A DNA stretch of 64,000 nucleotides from a virus (taxonomy: Duplodnaviria; Caudoviricetes), in IMG/VR virus record IMGVR_UViG_3300033075_001751, positions 69,959-133,958 of that record; one strand, written 5' to 3'. The notes beneath the pieces were generated by a model. It was not told where the DNA came from, made no database searches, and saw only the letters and a program-made list of their open reading frames with translations. Both the position numbers and the translations under genes were made by a program. Shown here piece by piece: positions 28,401 through 37,075 of the stretch. Every line of letters starts with the position of its first letter. Positions within the stretch are counted from its first letter, which is position 1.

Positions 28401-28460
28401 ACGTAAATATAACGTAGAATATTCATAAAATACGAGCTTTTTATACGTTATATTTACGTA
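28400..28460. promoter_or_regulatory. perfect 17-bp inverted repeat containing divergent TATATTTA elements
   Basis: TACGTAAATATAACGTA (28400-28416) and TACGTTATATTTACGTA (28444-28460). Confidence 0.75.
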
Positions 28461-28620
28461 GTACGCCAGTGGCGACACTCTCATACGCTCACAAGCGTAC
28501 GCCAATGTTGTTTGCAGCGTATGAAATTCGAGTCAATTCATTGGAAGCCAGCAGGTTGTGCTTGGATTTCCCTCTATCTATCATACAACTACTTTTATAC
28601 ACCATTTAACCCAGTTCACC

Positions 28621-29217
28621 ATGAGTATCTTCGAAGCAACACCCGAGGAGCAGCGGGACCACATGCTCAGGCATACAGTCAAGGCGAAGGACGTTCCCGT
28701 GGGAATGACCTTCTATACCAACTACGACGACTACAACCTCAACAATGAATCAGGAGCCAAGGTTATGAACGAGGCTCTCTACTACACCTACACGGAATAC
28801 GGCTTCGACTCGGATGCTCCTATCGATCCCGAGCAGGACGTGTACGTGAGCAAGCCTGAGCTGTGCGGGGTTGCGGTAGTTCCCGAGAAGCAACGGGGTG
28901 TACCGCTCGTACCGGGAGACCCGCAAAGCGAGTACAATGCAATGATGGAGCGCAGGGACTTGTCGGCAGTCGACAAGATGAAACCCCTCCAGGAGCAGTT
29001 CAACAGGAAGATGGAGGGTGTTCCCGACAGCCCTGCGGATGCTCCCGGCAGCTTGATGCTTCGCGGCACAGACCACCAAGGAGAGTTTTCAGGGGACACT
29101 CTGGAATTCACTCCATGGAATGGTGAGCTGATGGCTATCGTTCACAACGGGGATGCTTACGTCCTTAATGCCAAGGACGAGCAGAGGTTGCGGGACTTCC
29201 TCAACGCAAGGGCATGA
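28621..29217 (+). CDS. acidic hypothetical protein
   Basis: Start MSIFE; GC3-rich codons. Confidence 0.7.
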   Translation: MSIFEATPEEQRDHMLRHTVKAKDVPVGMTFYTNYDDYNLNNESGAKVMNEALYYTYTEYGFDSDAPIDPEQDVYVSKPELCGVAVVPEKQRGVPLVPGDPQSEYNAMMERRDLSAVDKMKPLQEQFNRKMEGVPDSPADAPGSLMLRGTDHQGEFSGDTLEFTPWNGELMAIVHNGDAYVLNAKDEQRLRDFLNARA

Positions 29218-29278
29218 CCCAATCCCTTTCACACACCGTATTTAATCACATTCATTTCACCTAAACTTCTATACGATT

Positions 29279-29650
29279 ATGAAATCAATTCACATTCTCA
29301 TCCTGCTCCTGTCAATGGTTGTAGCGGGATGTGTCAGCGATGAGACCCGTCAGGGTTTTGATAAAGCTAAAGTCTATTATCATGAGGGTTGCGAATACCT
29401 CAAGTTCAATGCGTCGAGTCAGAACTCGGCTATCCATTCGCATACTTGTCCTAACCATCCGGTCAAGCTCCTGTCAGCTGAAGGATCCGGATGGCTCATG
29501 CCCGGGGAAGTATTCGAGTTCTATTCCGAGGATGGATCACGCATGATCATCGAAGCGGAAGATATTCTCTATGATGAGATTGACGAGGATGAAATTTACC
29601 TGGAAGTGACCGGAAAGGGATTTACACTTCATGTCTCGGCGAACCTATGA
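29279..29650 (+). CDS. putative lipoprotein
   Basis: Signal peptide ending in a VAGC lipobox. Confidence 0.6.
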   Translation: MKSIHILILLLSMVVAGCVSDETRQGFDKAKVYYHEGCEYLKFNASSQNSAIHSHTCPNHPVKLLSAEGSGWLMPGEVFEFYSEDGSRMIIEAEDILYDEIDEDEIYLEVTGKGFTLHVSANL

Positions 29651-29937
29651 TCATCAAATTCAAGAAATGGAGCTGCTCGCTCAAGTGGGGTAAGTATTCC
29701 AACGGTAGACCTGCATTATTGCTGGTCGATGCTGTCAACGGTGAACCGATCGCCAAAGCTACTGTCAATCTTCCTGACGAACCCTTGCTTCCGGGTGAGG
29801 TGTTTGTCAAGAATTGGCATGAGAACGAAGGCATGCTCAAGTGCCTGGAGCAATACAAGATTGTCGATCCCATCGGAATGGTGGATACCGGCAGGACAAA
29901 AGCATTCAAGTGCAGATTATTAATTGAGCCGGAATGA
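29647..29937 (+). CDS. DUF4313-like protein
   Basis: Y.NGRPALLL...GEPIAKATVNL motif. Confidence 0.6.
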   Translation: MIIKFKKWSCSLKWGKYSNGRPALLLVDAVNGEPIAKATVNLPDEPLLPGEVFVKNWHENEGMLKCLEQYKIVDPIGMVDTGRTKAFKCRLLIEPE

Positions 29938-30374
29938 GCACACAGAAAAAAGGACGCGACTTAAAACCAGGTGATGAGTTCTGGTGGGACAAAAAGAGTG
30001 TAGGGAAATCAAAACCCTGCATTCTTCTGGAACCGGACGAGCATGGTAACAATTCTTACGAAGATCCTGTGTTCACTGGAGAGTGGCATCTTGGATTTGA
30101 AAGAAAGGTATGGACAAAATGAGTACAATCAAGAATGTAGGGGAGCTTCGCGCACTGATTGCGGGGCTCCCGGATGATCTTCGAATACAGGGAAGTATTG
30201 AGATTTACACCCAACCTCCGTCACCTCCCATCAAATGTGATTCGTCAAAACACACGGATCCCATGGAAGGGTTGTTTGACATGACCGAGGAAGAAAGTCA
30301 TGATCTCGATAAACAATGCTTCGGATCCTGACCCAATCCCTTTTCCTATCTGTTTCACCTAAACATTTATTACA

Positions 30375-31286
30375 ATGAAAATACAACTGAAAGATGTACT
30401 GCCGGGAGAATTGTTCTGGCATTCCGAGGAAGATTTTGCGATCGGTAACGATGAAGATGCCGGCAAGATCATCGACCAGACGAAACCCATGTGGGTATGG
30501 GTCAAACGTGAGAACGAAACGTTTACCACTCTTGACGGGAAACCCTGTACACCGAGATTCACGTTACCCTGTTTCGATGGGGGAGTACGGGGCGATATTC
30601 TCGAAGTCCTTGGAAGACCCAACGACAACCTGCTGTTTATCGGAGTTCAGATAGACGAAGATGAAATGGGAATTGTATTGGCATCTGACTCCGAAGCTAC
30701 ACTCCGGCAATATTTGTTGGATCGAGCAGGGTTGGTCGCAATCACCCTTGAAGAAAACAAGGACAGGATCGTAATGCGCAACAACCATGAAGGTTTTGTC
30801 GAGGAGATCGAGACACTGAAAGCCCAATTGAGAATTCTTCCTGAAGCTGCTGCTACGGAAAAACCTGTCGGAGTCGAGACGTATCCACACTATTGGTATG
30901 ACTTGGAATTCTTCAAGGGATACGGCAAATCCCAACTCAAGCAATTCATCCTCGATCAACAAGATCAGATGAAACTCATGCACCACCAAATGGCTAAAAC
31001 GATTGCGAAGAAAAATGTGAAGCTGAAAGAGATGATGCCTGCGGAAAAAGCCAAGTCAAGAGTCCAAGAGATTGATTGGGGAACTGATGAACCAGAAGAT
31101 AATCCTGTCCAGACTCCTGTCCGTACCGAGCAAGAAATCCGGATGGAGATTTTCAAGCTGACAATGGAACTCTTGTCGCTGCAAAGCGGAATGAGCAAGG
31201 AAGAGATCGTAGATCGGTGCTTGGAACGGTTCAAGAAGGATGAACAGATCCGGAAAATGGATCTCAGCACAAAGAATGACTTTTAA
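30375..31286 (+). CDS. hypothetical protein with coiled-coil C-terminus
   Basis: 303-aa ORF with motif and leader. Confidence 0.7.
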   Translation: MKIQLKDVLPGELFWHSEEDFAIGNDEDAGKIIDQTKPMWVWVKRENETFTTLDGKPCTPRFTLPCFDGGVRGDILEVLGRPNDNLLFIGVQIDEDEMGIVLASDSEATLRQYLLDRAGLVAITLEENKDRIVMRNNHEGFVEEIETLKAQLRILPEAAATEKPVGVETYPHYWYDLEFFKGYGKSQLKQFILDQQDQMKLMHHQMAKTIAKKNVKLKEMMPAEKAKSRVQEIDWGTDEPEDNPVQTPVRTEQEIRMEIFKLTMELLSLQSGMSKEEIVDRCLERFKKDEQIRKMDLSTKNDF

Positions 31287-31722
31287 TGGTTTTCCACCAC
31301 CTGACAGCTGTTAGGTGTGCGTTCTTTCGAGTATGTTAGGTTTAGACTGGATTTGCAAGGTGGATTCGCTGGAAACGGCGTTTTCATCTTGTGGGTCTGG
31401 TATAACACTGGGGATTTGTGAGACACTTTGGAGAGATTTGGCGATGATTAGATGTAAGGTTTACGGAGGAAGTGTATGGAAATAAGGGCTTACGGCGTTG
31501 CCGAAATGACCCAATACCCCATCTTATACCTATCAAAAGTGCCAAATTTCAAAAATAACAAGGATTCAAGCGCATACATAGCTTAGAATCCTATTCTATT
31601 CCTTTCTCACTCCTTTTCCTATACCTTTTCCTATTCCTTATTCAACCCCTTTTACTCCCTGTTTTCGACTCATTTCTGTCGTTATCAATATTTCTAAATC
31701 ATTTTACCTAAATACTTCTACT

Positions 31723-32034
31723 ATGATCACTTCTATCAATCAAAGAGAAACCTCTGTAATATTAGGAACACTCACAGCTGCCGGTTACTACGAATCCAAA
31801 AAAGGATACAAAGTATTCCGATACATGCTGGACGGAACACCTGAAAACATTGCACTGTACCACAAAACAGTGTACACCAACAAAGGATACAACATTCCCA
31901 AGCTGCGTGAAGAAGAATATGAAACTGAAGAAGGTCTTGAAAGAACGCTCTACATGAGCAACACTCAACTGCCTTCCGGTACAACGTTGATCCTGTCAAC
32001 AACCGATAAGATCTACCCTCAATTGCAATTCTAA
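31723..32034 (+). CDS. early protein, paralog of the N-terminus of 36367
   Basis: YESKKGYKVFRYML versus YRSKAGNIVFRGLL. Confidence 0.65.
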   Translation: MITSINQRETSVILGTLTAAGYYESKKGYKVFRYMLDGTPENIALYHKTVYTNKGYNIPKLREEEYETEEGLERTLYMSNTQLPSGTTLILSTTDKIYPQLQF

Positions 32035-32083
32035 TCTGTCGATCTGTTTATTTCATATCCCTTTTACCTAAAACTCAATCAAC

Positions 32084-32794
32084 ATGTCCAAGCAACGAAA
32101 ACTCAACGAGAAAGTATCAAAACTCGCAAAAGCAATACGTTCCGGTACAGATTCGATCTGCAAGGAATCCAACAGATGCTACTTCAGCAGGAAAAACGTG
32201 GTAGTGCCTAAAAACCTACTGCGTGCTATTCTACCTGAACTGGTTGATCAAACCTTCAAGGTGTTTGTAGATCCTGGACCGATAGCTGACAGGATTGTCA
32301 AACCTGCTAAACTTGTCGAACCTGTCAAAACTGCTCCGTGGCATACAAAAGCACACGAAAGTCTTGACCGGATTGAAGAAAACATCAAAGCACTGGTTGA
32401 AGAGAATCAACAACTCACAATCAGTCGAGATGCTCTGATAGCAGCTGAAGACAAGAAAACTGTCGGTAAAATGAATCCCGGCGCAGCCCTGCGGTACATC
32501 ATCATGGAATCTGAAGACTTCGGAGCCCAAATCTATTTTGGACAAAACTGTAATTTGTCTCACTCACAACTGTCAAAAGAATTCCAGAAACTTCATCACA
32601 ATGGAGTCTATTGGACATGTGTCGGCGGAGGATTCTACACCATGAGCTCCAACAACTCACGCATGTTCGAACGCGATGAAATCTTGCTGTGGGGTAAATC
32701 CGGAGACTACGGAAAAGCACCTCAACACGTACTGGAAAACGTTGTGGGAATCTACAATCACAACCATCCATTACTACCAATCAGAATACTTTAA
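32084..32794 (+). CDS. protein with a C-terminal Janus/Ocnus (PHPT1)-like domain
   Basis: SHSQL...CVGGG...ILLWGKSGDYGKA resembles PHPT1 YHADI...CLGGG...IHVYGYS.AYGPA. Confidence 0.5.
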   Translation: MSKQRKLNEKVSKLAKAIRSGTDSICKESNRCYFSRKNVVVPKNLLRAILPELVDQTFKVFVDPGPIADRIVKPAKLVEPVKTAPWHTKAHESLDRIEENIKALVEENQQLTISRDALIAAEDKKTVGKMNPGAALRYIIMESEDFGAQIYFGQNCNLSHSQLSKEFQKLHHNGVYWTCVGGGFYTMSSNNSRMFERDEILLWGKSGDYGKAPQHVLENVVGIYNHNHPLLPIRIL

Positions 32795-32800
32795 ATCACA

Positions 32801-32828
32801 GGGAAGGAATAGGCAACTGTTCCTTCCC
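32801..32828 (+). terminator. hairpin
   Basis: GGGAAGGAATAG-GCAA-CTGTTCCTTCCC. Confidence 0.65.
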
Positions 32829-32849
32829 ATTTACCTAAATTCAATTACA

Positions 32850-33152
32850 ATGTATCAGCACGACGATATCTCCGATCCAGACGGATCAATACGAATCGCA
32901 ATCGAAGAAAACTTCATCAAAAAGATGAAGCGTATCACTTGTCTTTCATGTGACGAAGAACATGCCTATGAGCCCGGTTATGGTTGCCATTTCTGCGGTA
33001 GGGATGTACGAAACAATGAACTCACACAAGTCAACACTCCGCAAGGATTGCAGTGGCTTGAAAAAACCGATCCTTCCATTCCCCTGTACAAGCGATGGAA
33101 TGACGGTGAAATCCAAACGTATGTACTTGAACAAGAACTTGCACAACTCTAA
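32850..33152 (+). CDS. zinc-ribbon protein
   Basis: CLSC...CHFC; start MYQHD. Confidence 0.65.
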   Translation: MYQHDDISDPDGSIRIAIEENFIKKMKRITCLSCDEEHAYEPGYGCHFCGRDVRNNELTQVNTPQGLQWLEKTDPSIPLYKRWNDGEIQTYVLEQELAQL

Positions 33153-33163
33153 TAAATTCAATT

Positions 33164-33430
33164 ATGAAATACAATGCAGTCATCACAGTCCTATGGGCTG
33201 TAACCTGGGGAACAGATGAATTTTACAGTACCCCTGCAGTCTACTTCGAAAATGAAGAAGATGCTAAAACCGTATCTGACCTTCCACTCGGATGGTATGA
33301 AGGGAGAGGCTCCATCCTGAGAATCGAATACATCGATGGAATCGGAGCACCGTCCAAAAGATACAACTCCGTCAAAGAATGGTCGGATAATACACTCACT
33401 CCGAACAAAGCAAAACAATACGGTCTCTAA
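33164..33430 (+). CDS. hypothetical protein
   Basis: Packed ORF. Confidence 0.6.
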   Translation: MKYNAVITVLWAVTWGTDEFYSTPAVYFENEEDAKTVSDLPLGWYEGRGSILRIEYIDGIGAPSKRYNSVKEWSDNTLTPNKAKQYGL

Positions 33431-33491
33431 CCCCTTTTCTCACTTGTGGTCACATCGGCTACAATTCCATTTACCTAAACTTCATTTAACT

Positions 33492-33791
33492 ATGCCGCTC
33501 ATCAACGAAGTAACACGAGTCAAGGAATTGCTGTTGCAAAATCCCAATATTCCTGACGACACTGCGATTGAAATCAAAGTGTGGACCGAGGATTCACAAC
33601 CTCCATTGCTTAACCGACAATTCAATACCGGCGAAACCTGGCAATGGATGGACAAAAGTCAAACATGGTTTCGCGATTCCAAATGGTGGGATACACAGTG
33701 GGTGTTCATCCTGCAATCCAAACTCAACGGTGACAAATACTATCACTCAGGCGTTCTTTACTACGTTCCGACTCTTCTCAGGCTCCCATGA
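33492..33791 (+). CDS. Trp-rich hypothetical protein
   Basis: ATG after the ACCTAAA leader. Confidence 0.6.
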   Translation: MPLINEVTRVKELLLQNPNIPDDTAIEIKVWTEDSQPPLLNRQFNTGETWQWMDKSQTWFRDSKWWDTQWVFILQSKLNGDKYYHSGVLYYVPTLLRLP

Positions 33792-34124
33792 AAGTCTTCA
33801 ACATGTCTACCGATCCCAAAGAAGATCTGTTTGACCGCATGGAGCGCGAGCTTGACAGTTGGTTTCAATCTATCCCATTTACCCCAACTTGAAAATGCAA
33901 ACTGTATTTGAAATTGTGATCGTATCCCGAAAAGACTTGTCCATCTTCGAAACATTGTACCAAAGCGGACGATGGATCGAAAGCTACTTCAACATGAGCT
34001 TCATCTCATGGGGTCCGGGAAACTTCAACGTCTACTTCAAAGGCAACGTAAGTAAAATCGTTGAAGAAACGATTACTCGCTTGCTCTTGAAAAAATTCGG
34101 TACAAAATTGATATTGATAAAAGT

Positions 34125-34448
34125 ATGAAAACACTTGTAAGCATGCTGATGCTCCTGCTCATGGCGGTTGTAGCTACAGCGCAGACTCCTGCAAAAGTGG
34201 AGGAAAAGACTGCAAATTGCAGCATTGACCAAAGCGGCAACTATGTCGCAGTATCCCATGCGGTTGCAGAAATGGAGCCCACAGAAACCAAACAAACCTA
34301 CACCGACAGCAAAGGCGTTGTTTACCCTGTTTGGCTCAGTCCGAAAGGAAAACCGTTTGTCTACAAAGTCAGTCGCAACACCGGCAACAAATACAAATTC
34401 TACCTGGTGACCGAACACGACCAAGTACACAAGCCGTTGATTCAATGA
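34125..34448 (+). CDS. secreted/periplasmic protein
   Basis: Signal peptide ending VATA-Q. Confidence 0.65.
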   Translation: MKTLVSMLMLLLMAVVATAQTPAKVEEKTANCSIDQSGNYVAVSHAVAEMEPTETKQTYTDSKGVVYPVWLSPKGKPFVYKVSRNTGNKYKFYLVTEHDQVHKPLIQ

Positions 34449-34463
34449 CATTTAGGTGATCTT

Positions 34464-34488
34464 GCAGGGAACAGAACTGGTTCCCTGC
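34464..34488. terminator. hairpin between convergent genes
   Basis: GCAGGGAAC...GTTCCCTGC. Confidence 0.6.
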
Positions 34489-34493
34489 CTTGG

Positions 34494-34907
34494 TCACTTC
34501 AAAAATGTCAGCTTGTACTTTGCAGTGTTCAGACTAGACTTGATCGTATCCAGATCATTCACAATCTCACTGTAAGGCATTTCTCCTTGCAACGATGTAA
34601 TTTGCGCAGCAAGATCGTCAATGTAACCGATAGCTTCCTGTACACTACTCAGCTTGCGCGGTGTAGAATCCGGAATATCCATCAACATTGCACAAGCACC
34701 CTGATACTGCTCTGCCAAAGTATCAGCATGTCCGGGCAATGCGTCATACAGATCATTCAAAGCAAGATGTGCAGCAAACGAACCGCCACCACTCACTTTC
34801 AAATGTAATTTGTGAAAACTGGTACGGGCATTCATAAGCTCATTTACCAATGCTGCACACGATGCAGCGCAACCTTTAGACGACTGGGGTTTCAATAATG
34901 TTTTCAT
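34494..34907 (-). CDS. Dps/ferritin-like protein (DUF5856-type)
   Basis: HKLHL...SFAAHLAL..LY...DTLAEQYQG...YKL four-helix ferroxidase pattern. Confidence 0.75.
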   Translation of the reverse strand: MKTLLKPQSSKGCAASCAALVNELMNARTSFHKLHLKVSGGGSFAAHLALNDLYDALPGHADTLAEQYQGACAMLMDIPDSTPRKLSSVQEAIGYIDDLAAQITSLQGEMPYSEIVNDLDTIKSSLNTAKYKLTFLK

Positions 34908-34933
34908 TCTCAAATATAAACCCCTTTTTCAAA

Positions 34934-35035
34934 TTGCACATATTCGGATTTTCCGATCACTTAACATGGAGGATGTATGAGATCGCTATGACCGCATAGT
35001 TAATCAAACTTGATCGTGCAAGACAACATACACGA
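34934..35035 (+). ncRNA. putative structured ncRNA C
   Basis: TTGCAC/GTGCAA and GATCA/TGATC stems, internal hairpins, possible TGTATG/CATACA pseudoknot; motif upstream, hairpin 35044-35066 downstream. Confidence 0.4.
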
Positions 35036-35127
35036 GATCGTAAGGGGAGGCTCACAAGGTCTCCCCAAACTTTATATCCTCTCAACCCCTCTTTCCACCT
35101 GTATTTTCCACCTTTAATTCATACTGT

Positions 35128-35325
35128 ATGAGTACTACTCAAAATGAGCGTTTGATCAACGCTCTCATTCGTGCTGACCGCTACCAAGCGGAGCAAACTG
35201 CAATCCAATTGCGCACCAAGCAAGATGCAGGTTTTCACAAAGGCGACGTGACCACCAATGGTCCGGCTACTGTGTACACCCAACCTGGTCGCGCAACCCC
35301 AAAACGCAAATGGGGCTGGATCTAA
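35128..35325 (+). CDS. small early protein
   Basis: Leader motif upstream; UUCG hairpin 35334-35353 downstream. Confidence 0.7.
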   Translation: MSTTQNERLINALIRADRYQAEQTAIQLRTKQDAGFHKGDVTTNGPATVYTQPGRATPKRKWGWI

Positions 35326-35385
35326 ATCGGAAAAGGAGGACTTCGGTCCTCCTAATCCTTTGTATCACCTTTAATTCCAAATACT

Positions 35386-35817
35386 ATGTTAGACTCACTG
35401 CTACAAGAACTTCGTGCAAAACGAAACGCTATCAGACATGAGCTCGTTTCCCTGTTCATTGCGAAAATGGATTTTCAAATTGCACAGCACAAGAAAATCC
35501 TTACACGCATTCAACAAGCAAACAAAACAGATTCAGAACAACTCCTCATTCTGGATGATGTATGTCTGTCCAGCCCTGAAAGTACAGCAGTCATGCAAGC
35601 ACTATCCAATCGTGACAAAAACAAGAAAATCCTTGTTGTAGATCATGTTTCATTAATTGATCCGCACTCAAAATTTACCGATGTTGATCGTATCGCACTA
35701 TCTGATCGTCAACACAAAACAATGATCATCCAAGCACGAGAAGAATATGCATACCCGGTCGAACCAATGACCGGTCAGGAAAAACGTCGTCAACGCAGAA
35801 AATCAAAGAAAAAGTAA
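35386..35817 (+). CDS. hypothetical protein with basic C-terminus
   Basis: ORF with leader motif. Confidence 0.65.
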   Translation: MLDSLLQELRAKRNAIRHELVSLFIAKMDFQIAQHKKILTRIQQANKTDSEQLLILDDVCLSSPESTAVMQALSNRDKNKKILVVDHVSLIDPHSKFTDVDRIALSDRQHKTMIIQAREEYAYPVEPMTGQEKRRQRRKSKKK

Positions 35818-35819
35818 CT

Positions 35820-36131
35820 ATGGGCTTTCACGCAGAAGACATATACTCGGAAAAAACATTGAAATGGGCTGAAAAGACCATCAAGATGTGTGAAGGGTTG
35901 ATGCTTATCAGCAACAATCAACCTCTATCACTATACGGAGGAATCGAATTGTCCAGACTAAATGATTCCGACACCTTCCAAGTCGAACGTGTATCAGGAA
36001 TCGGTATGCGATTCACAATTTGCGAATTTTCCAGCCTCAACAATGAAATTCCAGAAATGGCTTGGCTCATGCGCCAATTAGTGCAACAAAGCTACGCCCA
36101 ATGGAAATGGCGCATTGATGAGCTTTCCTAA
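35820..36131 (+). CDS. hypothetical protein
   Basis: Followed by hairpin 36139-36170. Confidence 0.65.
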   Translation: MGFHAEDIYSEKTLKWAEKTIKMCEGLMLISNNQPLSLYGGIELSRLNDSDTFQVERVSGIGMRFTICEFSSLNNEIPEMAWLMRQLVQQSYAQWKWRIDELS

Positions 36132-36366
36132 GATTCAATACGGATAGATGACTTCGGTTGTCTATCCGTAACGATCTTTCTTTAACTGTTGTACAATCTT
36201 GTTGTAAGCTCTTGTTTGTTTTTCTTTATCTTCTATATCATTAGTTTCTCCATTATCTTTTCTTTTTGCTTACCCAACCCCTTTTTTTATCGGTGTTTTA
36301 TACTCTTTCATATCCTTCCGGCTGTCGTCGGTAAAGGAAAAATTTCACGTTTTAATTTCAATTATC

Positions 36367-36921
36367 ATGGCTGTTATCGGCAAAGTTCACAAAAGCAAGG
36401 ATTTCCCATCCTATCGCAGCAAAGCTGGAAACATTGTGTTTCGTGGTCTCTTGACCGCCAACAAAGCGGGACAAGATGCTTACGAAGCTGCTGTCAAAGC
36501 ACAAGGCTACCAAGCCAACCGCGATGAAGCAACCGGAAAGCTGATCATTCCGCGAGTCGATCCCTTTGTGGACGGAAGCGACGTTCTGTTGACCACCAAA
36601 GGCAACATCGTCATTTCAAACGAGGGTGCTGACGAAATGGAAGCAATGCTCAACCGTGCAAAGCGCACCGGCGACACGAGCTTCGAGAATGCGATCCAAA
36701 CGGAACGCGCAAAGGCAATCGTTGCAAAGGCAATGGGTCAGGGTCCCAAGACGACCTCCTTTACACCTCAGTCCAACGAGCCCTCCGACAGCGGTCCTGC
36801 CGCAGTCGATTTCTCCGCTCAGGAAACTGACGAAGAAGCGATCCAGCGCGAATTGGCAGAAGCAGCTGCAAAGGCAGAAGCTGCCGGCGTGACCGCTGAA
36901 GCAGAGACGACCAACCCATAA
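36367..36921 (+). CDS. abundant early protein with Ala/Glu-rich tail
   Basis: Strong codon bias, own motif and terminator 36943-36980. Confidence 0.8.
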   Translation: MAVIGKVHKSKDFPSYRSKAGNIVFRGLLTANKAGQDAYEAAVKAQGYQANRDEATGKLIIPRVDPFVDGSDVLLTTKGNIVISNEGADEMEAMLNRAKRTGDTSFENAIQTERAKAIVAKAMGQGPKTTSFTPQSNEPSDSGPAAVDFSAQETDEEAIQRELAEAAAKAEAAGVTAEAETTNP

Positions 36922-37075
36922 GGGTGATTTGGAGAAAGAACTTGGAATGGGGCGAAAGCCCTGTTCCATTTTCTTTTTGCATCGCCAAACCTGTATCTGT
37001 GTGGTTATCACCCTCGTTTTAAACTCATGGAGCATCACTGCGCACCTTTGAATCCACCTTCTCATCTTTGATCTT

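Larger units (their letters stand above)
26796..29266 (+). repeat. ~48-bp imperfect direct repeats at 26796-26843 and 29218-29265 (shorter third copy 30332-30363)
   Basis: CCCAATCCCTTTC-N7-GTATTTAATCACATT-NN-TTTCACCTAAA in both copies. Confidence 0.8.
24971..36284 (+). promoter_or_regulatory. dispersed AACCCCTTT / AATCCCTTT motif (putative phage early promoter)
   Basis: Exact AACCCCTTT at 24971, 25220, 25449, 25713, 26004, 26204, 26596, 31644, 33429, 34919, 36276; AATCCCTTT at 26799, 29221, 30335. All intergenic, plus strand, often just after a hairpin or stop codon. Confidence 0.65.

Noticed and set aside
36189-36527. Phe-rich plus-strand ORF
   Set aside because: Arises from a T-rich intergenic tract and overlaps the real gene at 36367 out of frame.
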